A stretch of DNA of 64,000 nt from Antedon mediterranea (Eukaryota > Animalia > Echinodermata), in NCBI RefSeq assembly GCF_964355755.1, contig NC_092671.1, positions 9,796,001 through 9,860,000 on the forward strand. Direction: 5' to 3'. The position numbers were made by a program, and so were the translations under genes. The notes under the pieces are model-generated. The model was not told where the DNA came from, did no database searches, and saw nothing but the letters and a program-made list of their open reading frames with translations. Shown here in pieces: positions 13,801-27,000 of this stretch (the stretch's first letter is position 1; every line of letters begins with the position of its first letter).

Positions 13801-14191
13801 CAGGCCTGGATACAACTGGACAACTAAGGAATTTAGATCCATATGTAGCTAGGTAAGTTGGAATGTGACAAGTGGTATTATATCAATAGTGCCCTCTATA
13901 ACATCTGTTTGTTGTTATGATAATGAAATGTTTTTGTTTACGAACAGTATTAAAGATGTTTATCAAACTTGCATATTATTTACATTAAATGTAATGCTGG
14001 TTAAAGATCGACTAGACAAAACCTAGACACTGAACAACATTACCATGTCAAACTACTGTTTCAGGATATTAACGGCAACATTATTTGTATAATACATTTA
14101 TTTTGATAGGAGTATCAAGGCAACAGATCGCTTTTATGATGACCACACTCACGATATGAAGTTACACCAAAAGATGGCTGCTGTGTTTTAA
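10815..14191 (+). CDS. SAXO4: Stabilizer of axonemal microtubules 4 / protein phosphatase 1 regulatory subunit 32 (IIIG9) homolog, about 460 aa
   Basis: Coding exons 10815-11038, 11132-11285, 11464-11595, 11981-12041, 12296-12408, 12510-12581, 12722-12823, 13131-13319, 13508-13596, 13688-13852, 14110-14191 (TAA) total 1383 nt, all GT-AG and in phase. The N-terminus MGRLPIG..MKFYSTNYSTKYGKDGFEPRLGKHVGTGYKSNFRP..DNPAMG matches my recollection of vertebrate PPP1R32 (MGKLPLG..KFYATSY..VGTGYKSNFQP..DNPARG). A probable non-coding first exon ends at donor 10396. Confidence 0.9.
11782..11916. mobile_element. MITE family A, partial
   Basis: Left TIR and internal GTGATGTGCC..ATATGGTAGTGATATG..GGGCACATCAC core. 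Confidence 0.65.
12091..12227. mobile_element. Small MITE-like element in a SAXO4 intron
   Basis: 10-bp terminal inverted repeat AGTACGGTCA / TGACCGTACT and an internal repeated GGTCCAGA motif. Confidence 0.45.
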
Positions 14192-14679
14192 GGTGAAAGT
14201 TCACCATATCTTGCTCGCTTGCAGATGAATGTTGATCTAAAAATAAATCATAATAAAAATGTAAATAAAAGCAATAACAAAAAAAACCTGGCTGAGATTT
14301 CTTGCAATCAAATTTAGATGTAAAATAGCAATAAGTGTAACTAAAATGTATTAACAGCTATATAATTGCACTCTAGAAATAAATAGCATCTTTAACTGAT
14401 GAGAAAATAAATTATATCCCACCGTATACTCTCAAAAAAATATCTTGCCAGGTACAATTGTATGGCATGCAAAATATAAGATGTCTTATACTTTTCTTAA
14501 TTGTTTAATAACCAGTGAATGATGGCTTGCCATAGTAGTAGGCTTCCCATCAAAAAATGTCCACAAAAAGTACTTTGATCTTGAGAAACACACACTACAA
14601 CCATAGATGGCGCAGTATTAGTCTCTTGTTATCGCCGTTAGTTTAAGAGTTTTTAAACCTTACAGAAACAGTCGAAAGT

Positions 14680-14762
14680 AAACTAGTTTGAAAAAAAAGT
14701 GTGATGTGCCCATATTGTAATGATGACATCATAGTGTCCATATATGGGCACATCACATTTGT
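14680..14762. mobile_element. MITE family A, internal fragment
   Basis: AAACTAGTTTG..GTGATGTGCCC..TCCATATATGGGCACATCAC. Confidence 0.55.
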
Positions 14763-17700
14763 GATGATGTAGGTAAAGCTTTATAAATTAAATAATTACC
14801 GTAAATATACCTGTTCTTTTGGACCAATGCATGTTTCGTATTTTACTACTGTTATTAAGTGAACTGCAATTTAACCTGAAAAGCTGAAAATTATGCAATA
14901 TATATATTTAAAAATATAGGTACCAATTAAAATCATGATATATTTGTTCCTCTCAAAATACTTCTATTTTTCAATAGCGTATTTGTTGTAATCATAATTT
15001 TATTGTTTAGGTATTTTAATAATGTAATGTAATTAATATTAGTTTGAATTTATTAGAAAGCATTTGCTTAAAAAAGGTATTTTTAATAAATCGTAAAGTA
15101 TATACATACTAATTTTAAGACCAATATCCGTCCATTTCCTTACTTAGCGTATTTGTTGTAGTAGTATAGAACTTATAATCAAAGCATTTGCTTACATTTA
15201 AATTAGAGCATTATAACATGTATTTACTGTTGATTTGATGTGACATACAAAAAGTGTATTGTAAAACTAATAAAAGCCAAAGATTTAGAAAAACATTTTG
15301 TTTTCATTTTTGTGTAATAAAAACATCGTGAGATTGTTGTAGCTTGTAAACCTGTATTACACCTGTATATTTTAATTAGATGTATTTAGAACAACACAAT
15401 CTTTGCAAACAGTGTACACAGTTTTCCATGCAGATCTTTAAATGTTCAACTTTAAGATGTATTCACACTTCACAGAACGGAATATCTTTATATTACATTC
15501 TTATTAGTGAGCTTTCGCAGGAGCATGTAAACGTTAACAGTTGCGTTGACGTACTTGTTCATTTTGATTTCGCGCTTTGACGGAAGTGTAGAACGCAACG
15601 CATGTGTAACACACACAACATATGCCAATTTGTTTACAAAGTGGGCGGAGCTTGCACGTTGCATGTTGGGAAATAGCATTAAATTAACATTTACATGGTC
15701 CTGCAAACTACTTATCAAACCCATTGCCCTATCCATTCTGTGAAGAGCAACAGGTGGGAATGCACCTTTAAAATGGTTATCCAGCCAATGAGAGTCTGTT
15801 ATTGGTCAGTACAGTTTTCAAAATTTTATTCAAATATGGTCATATATAATATTTCAGATAAATCAACTTATTCACAATGTCAGGTGAGATTCTTTCCATT
15901 GTGTCCTTTTATTTTTGTTCAATTTGTCGGACCTAATTTATTTATTTTGGAAGAGCAATTATGATAACATTTAACAATTTATCTAAAACATGAAATGTCA
16001 CACAACACATTTTATTTTTAAGCAACATTCCAAAGATAATATAAACATATCCTTGTTATATCATTAATATACTATATTTAAAAAGATGTACAGTTTGTTC
16101 TCAGTGCATGCCACAAACCAGAGCCTGTCAAAAAACTAAAACACCAATAACATTTGCAAGTCACTGATAATACCATAATCAACATACAGTAATTAGTTTT
16201 ATGTATAATAATTTTCATAAAATATTGTATTATTTCGAACACAAATGGAATTTTTTAGATTTGTTAATGTATGTTTTGCATTTGTTTAAATTGTAAAGCA
16301 ACATTTTTGGAACTTAAACAATCAAGGTTTTCAAATAAATTATATCCATATCATTGGAGATACAAATACAGTAGAGGACACCATTGGCACACAACAAAGC
16401 ATGCCATCTCAGAGGTGTCCTCTGAATGGCTTGGCTGTAGTGTTAAACAATATAAATGAAACATTCCCTTTTACAACAAAGTGCGAGTGAGGGATTCTAC
16501 AGTATTTAATTCCAAAAATATGACGACGAAGGGTACGATTATTATCGCTTATTATTAATCAAACAGTTGATATTAATAATATTAAATTAAAAATGAAAAC
16601 TATAATGTATGGAGTGAATTTTACCCAGTATTCAGTAATTTTTCCTTTAACGTATGGGAAAAATTTAATCCATAAGTTTAAACTTTATGGTAAATAACTG
16701 GACGCAAGAATTGCAGCTAATGAATAGCAATTATTGCTTTGGTGGAAGCATTATTTAGTTATTGCAAAACCATGCACTATTTATTAATAGCTTTAAGGAC
16801 TACGAAAACTGAAAAGCACTCGTATGTCAGCGGTATTTAATTGGATGAAGGCGCTCATTGAACAGTAGCTAATTATTCGCACAATTATGGTAGCCCTGAC
16901 AAATGCCACACCTTCTATTAAATTAGGTAAAACAGCATTAAAAGTTATATCACTATCCATCCAGGCACTTAAAAATAACAATCTTTAAAAGATTTGTGGT
17001 GGGTAAAACATTCTATTTAAAACTCATGCTAAAGTTGATTAGAAATACTAATAACATATGCATACAAAAGATTCTAATAATGTAATATTTTTAGCATATT
17101 ATTAGCAATGTTAAATGATGAAAATTATTTTTATTGTCCTTGCTGTTAATAAAAAATCAAAAGCTCATTATTGCATCATCTGCCCAGTTCAAGATTTTCA
17201 AGTTTTTACACAACATTGTGAAAAGGTAAAAATAATTAATAAAATTATATACATAATAGTAAAAACAATAATAAAAAAAAACATTAATATGTAATATTTT
17301 AATCATTAAATTATTATTTCTTTTAAATAATTTTAATTTGATAAAATTATAATCAAAATATATATTTCAGATCAACCGAGAATAATTCATTAACAAACAT
17401 TTTCAAATTCATATTTTTAAATATTATAATTATTAATATATTTCATTCTATACTTTTATTCAATCAAGGGAACTGAATTCATTATAATATTTACATTGTT
17501 TACTTCTCGTCAAAGTATTATGAACATTAAATACAACACATACATTTGTAACATTCCTATTAAATATTTACCCTGCCTTAATCACAAAAATAGTTTTTAT
17601 TTTGATTGGTATAATATACATTTTATATTATTTCAACTTTGTACAAAAATATTTCAATTCATTCAAAGAATATAAATACTAGTAATAATGTAAGCATGTT

Positions 17701-18018
17701 ATTCAAAATTGATTCCATTAAATTTACAAATTTATGACAACCACTTCAGTTACAGCACATATATTTTGTGTCAAAACAGAGGTATTGCTTGGTGTACCTG
17801 GAGATTATGTATTCATTCATACACACATTTATTCAGTTATAACAATAATAACTTGGGCCTGCAAAGAAGAAGAACTCCCACTTATGAAGGTAGGTTTGCA
17901 ATATTTAAATAAGATACACCTGGTATTCTTGGAATTTGTATTCTTGAAGCTGAATATCCATTGAAAGCATTGATATGCAAATTAGATTAAATATTTAAAT
18001 TAGGTACACCTGACATAA

Positions 18019-21000
18019 TTAACATATAGACTCTTTTTGGATTATTTCATCTAAATCTTCTTCTAGTGTTCTTTTTGGAGATGGAATAAAATATCTGTCG
18101 ACGACCGGAGTTGACTCTTCAGAAGAGAGGTCCACACTGCTTTGTCGGTCCGACGACATACTTGGGAGGGGGCTAAATGTGTTTGCTAAAGGGTCGTAGT
18201 TTCCGTTAACTGAGAAATATTTAGTGTATGCAAATCCAAGCCTTGGTTCTGGTGACCCTGAAGATGAGGGTAAGAAACTGCTATCTGCAAATAAAACAAG
18301 AAGAAATACACAGGTTAAAGCTCTGTCTACACTATCAAACAAATGTGATGTGCCCAATGGACGTGATGATGACATATCATTACAATATTTGGGCACATCA
18401 AACCATTTGGTTCACTTCACTTTTTTTATTATTGTTATTCATTTACAAATGACCCAATAAATAAAAAATTAAATATATAAATAAGGAAGGAAAATAAGTA
18501 GAATGATTTCATATTTCGCAGCAAATACTTTCCTTATGGTAATTATGTAACTATAAAGAAAAAGTCTTTTGTTAATAATTATGTTATAATGTGCATTTTA
18601 CAGCTATATTGACACTTCCTACAATTGTTACAACTTGTTACTGTATTAATATTGTACTACTGTGTTCTCATATCTGTGCATCTTTTTATTAATTAATTAA
18701 ACAAATTATGCTAATAATTATGTTATAATGTACATTTTACAGCTATATTGACACTTCCTACAATTGTTACAACTTGTTACTGTATTAATATTGTACTACT
18801 GTGTTCTCATATCTGTGGCCCTGTTTCTGCTGCCAACTAAATACCGTATATTATACGGTATTTTTTGAATACCGTATATATACGGTATATTTTTGGCAGC
18901 AGAAACTGCGCTCATAAAAAATATACCGTATTTTGTATACCGTATGTTCCCCACAAAATTTGTGGATAAAATACGGTATTTACAAATTTATACCGTATTT
19001 TTTGTACCCGTTTCTGCTGCCAATAAAAAATACCGTATTTTTTTTTACATGACAAAAGGTCACCATTCGTGTTTTTATTTTCTGTCGCTGTTAGCTGCTT
19101 TACACACATGTATAGATATATTCGGCGAAAATGTGGAGCGAATACGTCACAGTTTTACTAAATAAATGTGTGTGGGGAAGCTAAAATGTCTGACCAACTA
19201 AAAGGTAATAAAAGGGACAACCACATTTATAAAGACATTTCTAAAAAAATAAAGCAGGAGTATGGAATAAACTTGTCTCCAAAGCAAGTAAACTCAAAGC
19301 TGAAGAGCCTGCGAAAGCAGTACAACATTGCAAAATACAATAACTCGGGGAGGGAACGAAGTAATTGTCCCCATTACGATGTTTTCTGTGCTCTCAACAT
19401 CTCTATCACTAGGGCTAGGCTGTTGAAAGTGAGATGTAAAACTTCCTTTATTGCGACTTTTAATTATCGATCAAATAAATGAATGGCAATTTGGGTAAAA
19501 AAGATTAAATTTAACACGACCACCCAAGAAGTATTGTTAGCAGAAACGGGGTACTAAAAAATACGGTATACAAAATACCGTATTTTATACCGTATTTTTA
19601 TACCGTATTTTGAGCAGTTGCAGCAGAAACAGGCCCTGTGTATCTTTTTATTAATTAATTTTTTTATAAAATTATGTTAATTATTATGTTATAATGTGCA
19701 TACAACTTGTTACTGTATTAAAACTACTGTGTTCTCATATCTGTGCATCTTTCTATCTACTGTCTAAATATTATTTACTAATTTTTAACTAGTTAAAATA
19801 GTTGATAGCAGACGTGCTGCTATTAATAGTATCTTAGTGAACAATATGTTACAGTTTTGTTTTATTTTCTAATTACTGAACAACCATCTCTGGTACTACT
19901 GGTATTTATTTCATTATTTATATCCATTATTCACACACTGCAAGTGGTGGGTCTAAGTGAACAATTCAATATTATTCTCACAGTAAATTAAAAATGAAAA
20001 CATTACCAGTTAATAAAAAGAAAAGAAAAAGGTTTAGATGAAATAAAAATCAATATGGAGTTGGAAAAGAAAACCCAAAAAATGGAAAGTAAAACATTGT
20101 GTAAAATTAAAATACAATTTGTTTGTAATATAAAAATACCTCAACCCATTTCAAATATAACTTTTACTTTCATTTAGTTTGAATGTAAAAATGATATACC
20201 TATAGGACTACACCTACTGCGAACAGTAAAAAACATATCCCCAAATGGATCTAATGCTAACTATTTGTATTATCCATTAGGCCCTATATTTGCTATTTGC
20301 ATAAAAATGTCAATAAACTATTTTATACTCCAACTACAGCAAAAGCAAGTTGTAACAAAAATTCATCAATCCAGATTGCAAATGATATGCAAATGATCAC
20401 AAAATATCCCAGTACCATGATGCAAAGTGAGGTTAGTATGCAAATGATATGCAAATGACTATTTTACATAAATGACTTACATTCTGCATGCTTCTTCGTT
20501 ATCTTAAAAATGAATTTTAAAAGAGAAAACTATGGATTTAACAAATGTAGTCATGTTGCTAGGTATATTATTTTTAGACAAATTAATATTGACATTCATA
20601 TTAGCACATAGAACACCTACTATGGGTACACAAGGCACAGGCCAACAAAGTGTCCTCTTGGGTTGGCGGTAGTGTTAAAACTTATATTGCCAATTATTCG
20701 TCTCATTGGAATAGGGGTGTTCCTTTAATAGGGGTGTTCCTTTAATAGGGGTGTTCCTTTAATAGGGGTGTCCCCTTAATAGGGGTGTTCCCTTAATAGG
20801 GGTGTTCCTTTAATAGGGGTGTTCCTTTAATAGGGGTGTCCCCTTAATAGGGGTGTTCCTTTAATAGGGGTGTTCCTTTAATAGGGGTGTTCCTTTAATA
20901 GGGGTGTTCCTTTAATAGGGGTGTTCCTTTAATAGGGGTGTCCCCTTAATAGGGGTGTCCCCTTAATAGGGGTGTTCCTTTAATAGGGGTGTTCCTTTAA

Positions 21001-24000
21001 TAAGGGTGTTCCTTTAATAGGGGTGTTCCTTTAATAGGGGTGTTCCTTTAATAGGGGTGTCCCTTTAATAGGGGTGTCCCTTTAATAGGGGTGTTCCTTT
21101 AATAGGGGTGTTCCTTTAATAGGGGTGTTCCTTTAATAGGGGTGTTCCTTTAATAGGGGTGTCCCCTTAATAGGGGTGTTCCTTTAATAGGGGTGTCCCT
21201 TTAATAGGGGTGTTCCTTTAATAGGGGTGTTCCTTTAATAGGGGTGTTCCTTTAATAGGGGTGTTCCTTTAATAGGGGTGTCCCCTTAATAGGGGTGTTC
21301 CTTTAATAGGGGTGTTCCTTTAATAGGGGTGTCCCCTTAATAGGGGTGTTCCTTTAATAGGGGTGTTCCTTTAATAGGGGTGTTCCTTTAATAGGGGTGT
21401 TCCTTTAATAGGGGTGTCCCCTTAATAGGGGTGTTTCCTAAATAAGGGTTGGCCATAGTGTTAAAACTTAGATTGCCGATAGTTTGTTTCATTGGAATAG
21501 GGGTGTTCCATTATTAGGGGTGTTCCATTATTAGGGGTGTTCACTTAATAGGGGTGTTCACTTCATAGGGGTGTCTCAAAGGAGGGGTTCTACACAGTAT
21601 AATAAATATATGAAGGTATAACAATTACAGATGTCCAGTATTATAATTATATAATATAATAATATATTTGTCAATTATATAATTGTAATATAATATTACC
21701 TTCAAACATGGTAATTGGTAAACTTTGCGGTCGAGATTTAGTGTTTCTATCGTCCCTTCCTGTATCGTCATCATAAGTCAAGGTATAGCATTGTAAGTTT
21801 GATGTACGTCGTTTTGAATAACAAAAACGGTCGTAGTAGGGTGTTCCATTGCGAACATGTGAGGTACCAGCCCTCATCGAGTTATTATTATTCTCCATTA
21901 AACCGCCTTCAATAACCGCCTGCGTTTGAAGACGATGTTGAAGCAACGGTGTCGCATTACTTGGAGCTGAACTTGTTTGCGATTCCGTATCTGAAATGTA
22001 GTAACAATAACCTTCTTTGTACCAACTTCCACGCTTAAAATCTTCATCGGTTTCACGTCGTGGTTTTCGTAGTTTCACCCTGATCATCGACGTTGCAATC
22101 GAGCTTGTTTCCGATATACTATCAATTGTTTCGGTGCTCGCAAGTGGAGCCATTTTGAGTGGATCAACGAATCCGTTCATTAATAACGGGGAACTGACAG
22201 GAGTTGCAATTGGTTCATTTACTAGAGTAGACGATTCAGACATTGTAGATAATGATATATTTTGTGAAGAGTTTCTCGTTAGTTCCGTGACCACATTTGC
22301 ATTCTGTTCTAAGTACGTTCTTGAAGCGTGTTTAGGAACGGGTTGGAGTTGAGGAACGCTAGCCGTCAGTTGCGATGATGAACGACTATCTTGTTTTTGT
22401 CTTTGGTGATGAAGAAAAAACTCTTTTGGGAAGCTTCGTACCTTAGCACAATCAAGACACTGAAATGTAGTGAGGAAGAAACGAAACAAACGTGATAATG
22501 AATGATCAGCATGAATGAATGATTATGTTGTGGACAGATGAGAGAGCGCCTTAAAGCACTGACCTAACTTGACCTTTAGGGGAGAAGCATGTAGTCCACA
22601 GTGCCATGAGCAATGATTGTTGGAATGCGGCGCTATACAAGAACTTGTATATTAAAAATATAAATAAAACACAACAAATATATTAAAAATATCACATCAA
22701 ATATATTTTATGAAAATGATTTATTTTATGGCCAAATATACTGTATGATCAAACACAGGATTTGTTTTCATGTAAGCACAATTTGATGAAATGAAAACAG
22801 AAGACTGTCCTACATACCTTATCAAAAGCCGCCATGACTTCAGTGGGTAGGTGATCATTTATCATAACAGGCGACACTAATACTTCATTAAAATCAGAAT
22901 TATCACGCCAAACACCGTAATAACTTAAACCTCTTCTTGAAATACTATCAAATATAAGCCAAGAAACAACAAAATAATTTTTTTTTAAATATTCAAATGA
23001 AATAAGATTAATTAATTTAATATTTATAATTTTGTTTTGTTTTGTGCTAATTGGTCAGTATGTCAACAACCAAGCTACACCTCCACTGAACAATTTCCTA
23101 AAAATTCAAATAAATTTACAAACCCTTCTCGTTTAGGATTATTGCGAACAAGATGAAGGATTTTTCCAGGTGGGAAAAGTGGCGTGCGACCATTGAACGG
23201 AAATGCAGATCCTTGTGGATTCAATCCCAGACTCGCACTGTTAGGAGATTTAGGACCATTTTCTTCTTCATCTGATAGATTGCGGTGGTTAATGGATAAA
23301 CAACACATCAGACTGCTCATTATAACTTTCCACTGATTCAGAAAAAAAGAAGTGTTCTTCAGAAATTTTAAAATATTGTAAGGTAGTTTAGATTGAGAGA
23401 CTTACGCTTTAAATGTAATATTTGGTTTGAAAATTTTAAGGCAATTCTTTGAAAAATTACGGATAAAAATCTATTGCAAATAATTTGTTGGTCTTTCAAA
23501 ATGGTAGCCTTTCCACAGAAATGCCACCCTAGCCTATTCATGACGAAATTACCAAAAAAAAACCTAAGTTTCAACTCTATTCAGTATATAATTCAGATTT
23601 TGTTCAAATGAAATAGAATATTAATGCTATGAATTTTTAAAATGTTTAAACTCATGCAGAAATCGCATATCAGTCTTTCTCATTCAGCAGTTCAAAAACA
23701 AAACAAAACCAGAGTCAAAACAATAAACATTGTGTTTCTTAAAACAAACTAATCTACTTATAGTTTTAACTTAAAGCACTATTGTTGAATGAGTGGCCTA
23801 ACAAATCAATAAATGCCAAACCTTTGGATCCTTGCACCTGGTCATACAATTAAGCAGATCAGTCTTAAGGACCTCCAGTTGTGGCAGTCCGATCCGTATC
23901 ACTACATCTTTACCGACAACCACAGACAATACAAACTCTTTGCTGTACTCCAAAGCCTCTTTGCTGAAAAACAGAGAAGAATGATGAAATTAACTAATAT

Positions 24001-27000
24001 AAAAACACAATTGGGTTAACCTTTATGAACATGATACTACAAATATATGACAAAACAACAAATATAATGCTCTGCGTAAGATAAAACTTGGAATAAAGAA
24101 TGGTGAGAAAAAACTGGATTTAAGAAGTTAGAATGTAAATTTGTATATTCACTTAAACAGGTGATAGAAATAAATAACTTATTTATACTTACTTAAGGAG
24201 TCCACCTGGTGGTGAGAATGCAAAGCACCTTAAGTCTGGGTAATCTGGTCTGAGTAAAATAGCAAGGACTGTTGCTGTCCCCGCACCCAACGAGTGACCA
24301 ACCAACACCAGTTGATAATTCTGTGTTGAATACCGATTCTAAAAAACACATGAAATAAATATAAATGAGTTGATTTTAGATTCTGTGGTAAATAAATTAA
24401 TCTAGGCAATCTAACAACAGGATGCTGAGCTCCGGAGATCAAAGGATTTATCTGTGGCTGCAACATGATCAGTTCCACACCACCTAAACAGACACCGCGC
24501 CGCAGAGAATATGTACTGTTAGTACTTTATTTGTTGCACTCATAAGATCAATAGCTTAAGTGTCCTGTTGTTGGATTGATTATAATAGAGTAACACTACA
24601 GAGGACACAATACTAAGTGTCCTCTTAAAAGAGAGGTTCTGCTGTAACACAGTAACATACTTACGGTTTCTCTCATAAAGGCATTGGTTAGCAGAAGGTC
24701 TTCATTCAATCTTTTCTTAATATATAATGCAGCTTCTACCATTCCCTGAAAAATGCATATAACCATTTAAATGTATTCTTACATTTTAATTTATAAGTAT
24801 AAAAACATATCAATTTCTTTTTTTATAAGGTGCATTAGTTTCCATTCTTAAGCTCTGTCTACACTATCAAACTAGTTTGACAATAAAAGTGTGATGTACC
24901 CACATATGGTGGTGATATGCCAAAATGTTGTAGTGATATGACATCATCATGTCCATATATGGGAACACCACATTTTTGTTGTCACATAAAGTTTAATAGT
25001 GTAGACAGAGCTGAGAGAGAAAAAAAATGGAGTGTACAACACCTTATGTGCTTGGAAGTTTTCTGTGCTGCCCTCAACGGGAATGCTAGTAGACGAAGCA
25101 TGACAATCAGTAAGACAGTCCTGCATTGATAATGTTCCACGGATTGAAATCACAACACTACGCTTCTCATGATCAATCGCAATAAAGAAGGGCGTTTCCA
25201 AAACCTAAACATAAAAATAATATAAAATAATATAAAAATTGATAAATAATATTGTTATATGATGTCTATATGTAATATACCATTTCTTATTTATTTATAT
25301 ATTTGAACAGTTTTAAAATCATTATTTAACTATAATAATAAAATTTAAAATTGTTTTCTTCTTTTCTCTTGGACCTTCAATATACTACAGTATACCATAA
25401 ATAAACCACGAGGCACACAGGACTACATGAAATAAACTAAAAAACTAAATATTATTTTTATTTATTAGGCTTATTAATATATAAAAGTGCAGTATATTTA
25501 TTTATTTTTATAGCAAAGTTAGTCTTTGGGTTTGTTGATGTGACCTATCTTTATATTGCTTCACTTGTGCTGTGATACTAATTACTATATATAGTGCATC
25601 CCATCTTTTTTAGCTTTTTTACTTGAAAATACATTCATAGATTGTCCCAGAAAGCAATTTCTGATTAAAGAAGAATTTGATTTGTCATTTTCTTGATTTA
25701 AGATTAAGAATTAGATATTTTCTTAATTGAAGGTTCAGAGATATGTTGAATATCCTGGTAGATATAATAAACCACTTATTTAAAAATGTAAAATGAATAT
25801 GATTTAATATAATTGAAATATATCTGATTAAAATATATATATATAATTAATATTTAAGGTCTACCGTACAACAACTGACATAGCATTCAATTCACCGTCT
25901 ATCAAATAAACCTAATGATGTATTTTCAAATAATAACATATTAGTATTAAGCTATGTCTACACTATCAAACTAGTCAAGTATAGTTTGATCTGCCCAAAT
26001 TTGGTAGTGATATGACATAATCGTGTCCATATATGGGCACATCACATTTTTTTGTCACATAAAGTTTGATAGTGTAGACCGGGATTAAAAAAACATCAAA
26101 CAAAAATTATCCCAACAAATTTACGAACACAACAACATTTTAACATTGAATAACAACAACAGCCAATAGCAAAACAGAAGGATTAACATTGATTTCAACA
26201 TTGACCTTACCTTATGAAGATAGTTCACATAGTTTAAGAGGGTTTAGGCTTTTGGAAATTGTTATCGCTAAATGGATATAAATTATTTTTGTGAGAATTT
26301 TCAAATAGAAATTTTGGAAAAGTCAAACCGTCAATAGAAATCTACATACAGCAAGCTCCCATGAAACGCAATTGTCTGTTGTCTTTTCACAAAAATAGCT
26401 ATATCACTGCCAAGTGTATTCAGGTACAGAAAGAAATGTATACAAGGAATACTTTTTGGGACACTGCATGCAAAACCAACCATCTTAAAAATTTACAGAA
26501 TTTTATTATAATTTGGAAACATTTATGCGGTAGGTATACTAGTTGTATTTGCACAAAAACAAATTGATTGATTGAAGTTTTTTTTCTCCCTAAATTACGT
26601 CAAAAGTCTTATTTAAGTGAAAATATTAATTATTGGTGACCCTCAAAGTTATTACCATATTATTTGAGGTGTTTTCAAAGTACAATTATGGAATGTGCCA
26701 AAATTATCTGACCAAAAACCAGACGCAAATTTCTCAAAATGGAAAACTTCATAAAGAAGGCGGCCTTATATTATGAAAATATAAATTACTGTTACCAACA
26801 AAATTACAACCATTTTTAAAAAGGAACCATATTTTAGGCATATTTAATATTTACGATACAGGTGTATGCGGGTACAGTGCATGTTTTCTAATTTTAATGG
26901 ATTATTTCCCTTTGTGCTGTGACCTTTAAATGCAAAATAAAGGCTTTACCACATTAAGCATGCAAAAACTACTATAACAAACAACCAGCTTACCACGTTA

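Noticed and set aside
19168-19482. Stand-alone Myb/SANT host gene
   Set aside because: It is truncated and enclosed by TIRs and a TSD, so it is transposon cargo.
22017-22352. 111-aa plus-strand ORF (also 29490-29795 and 56712-57158)
   Set aside because: These are antisense shadows of DAGLA exons or of the promoter region.
26211-26267. Strong minus-strand donor AAG|GTAAGG with an upstream AG in DAGLA intron 8
   Set aside because: It has stops in all three frames. At most a poison exon, with no further support.
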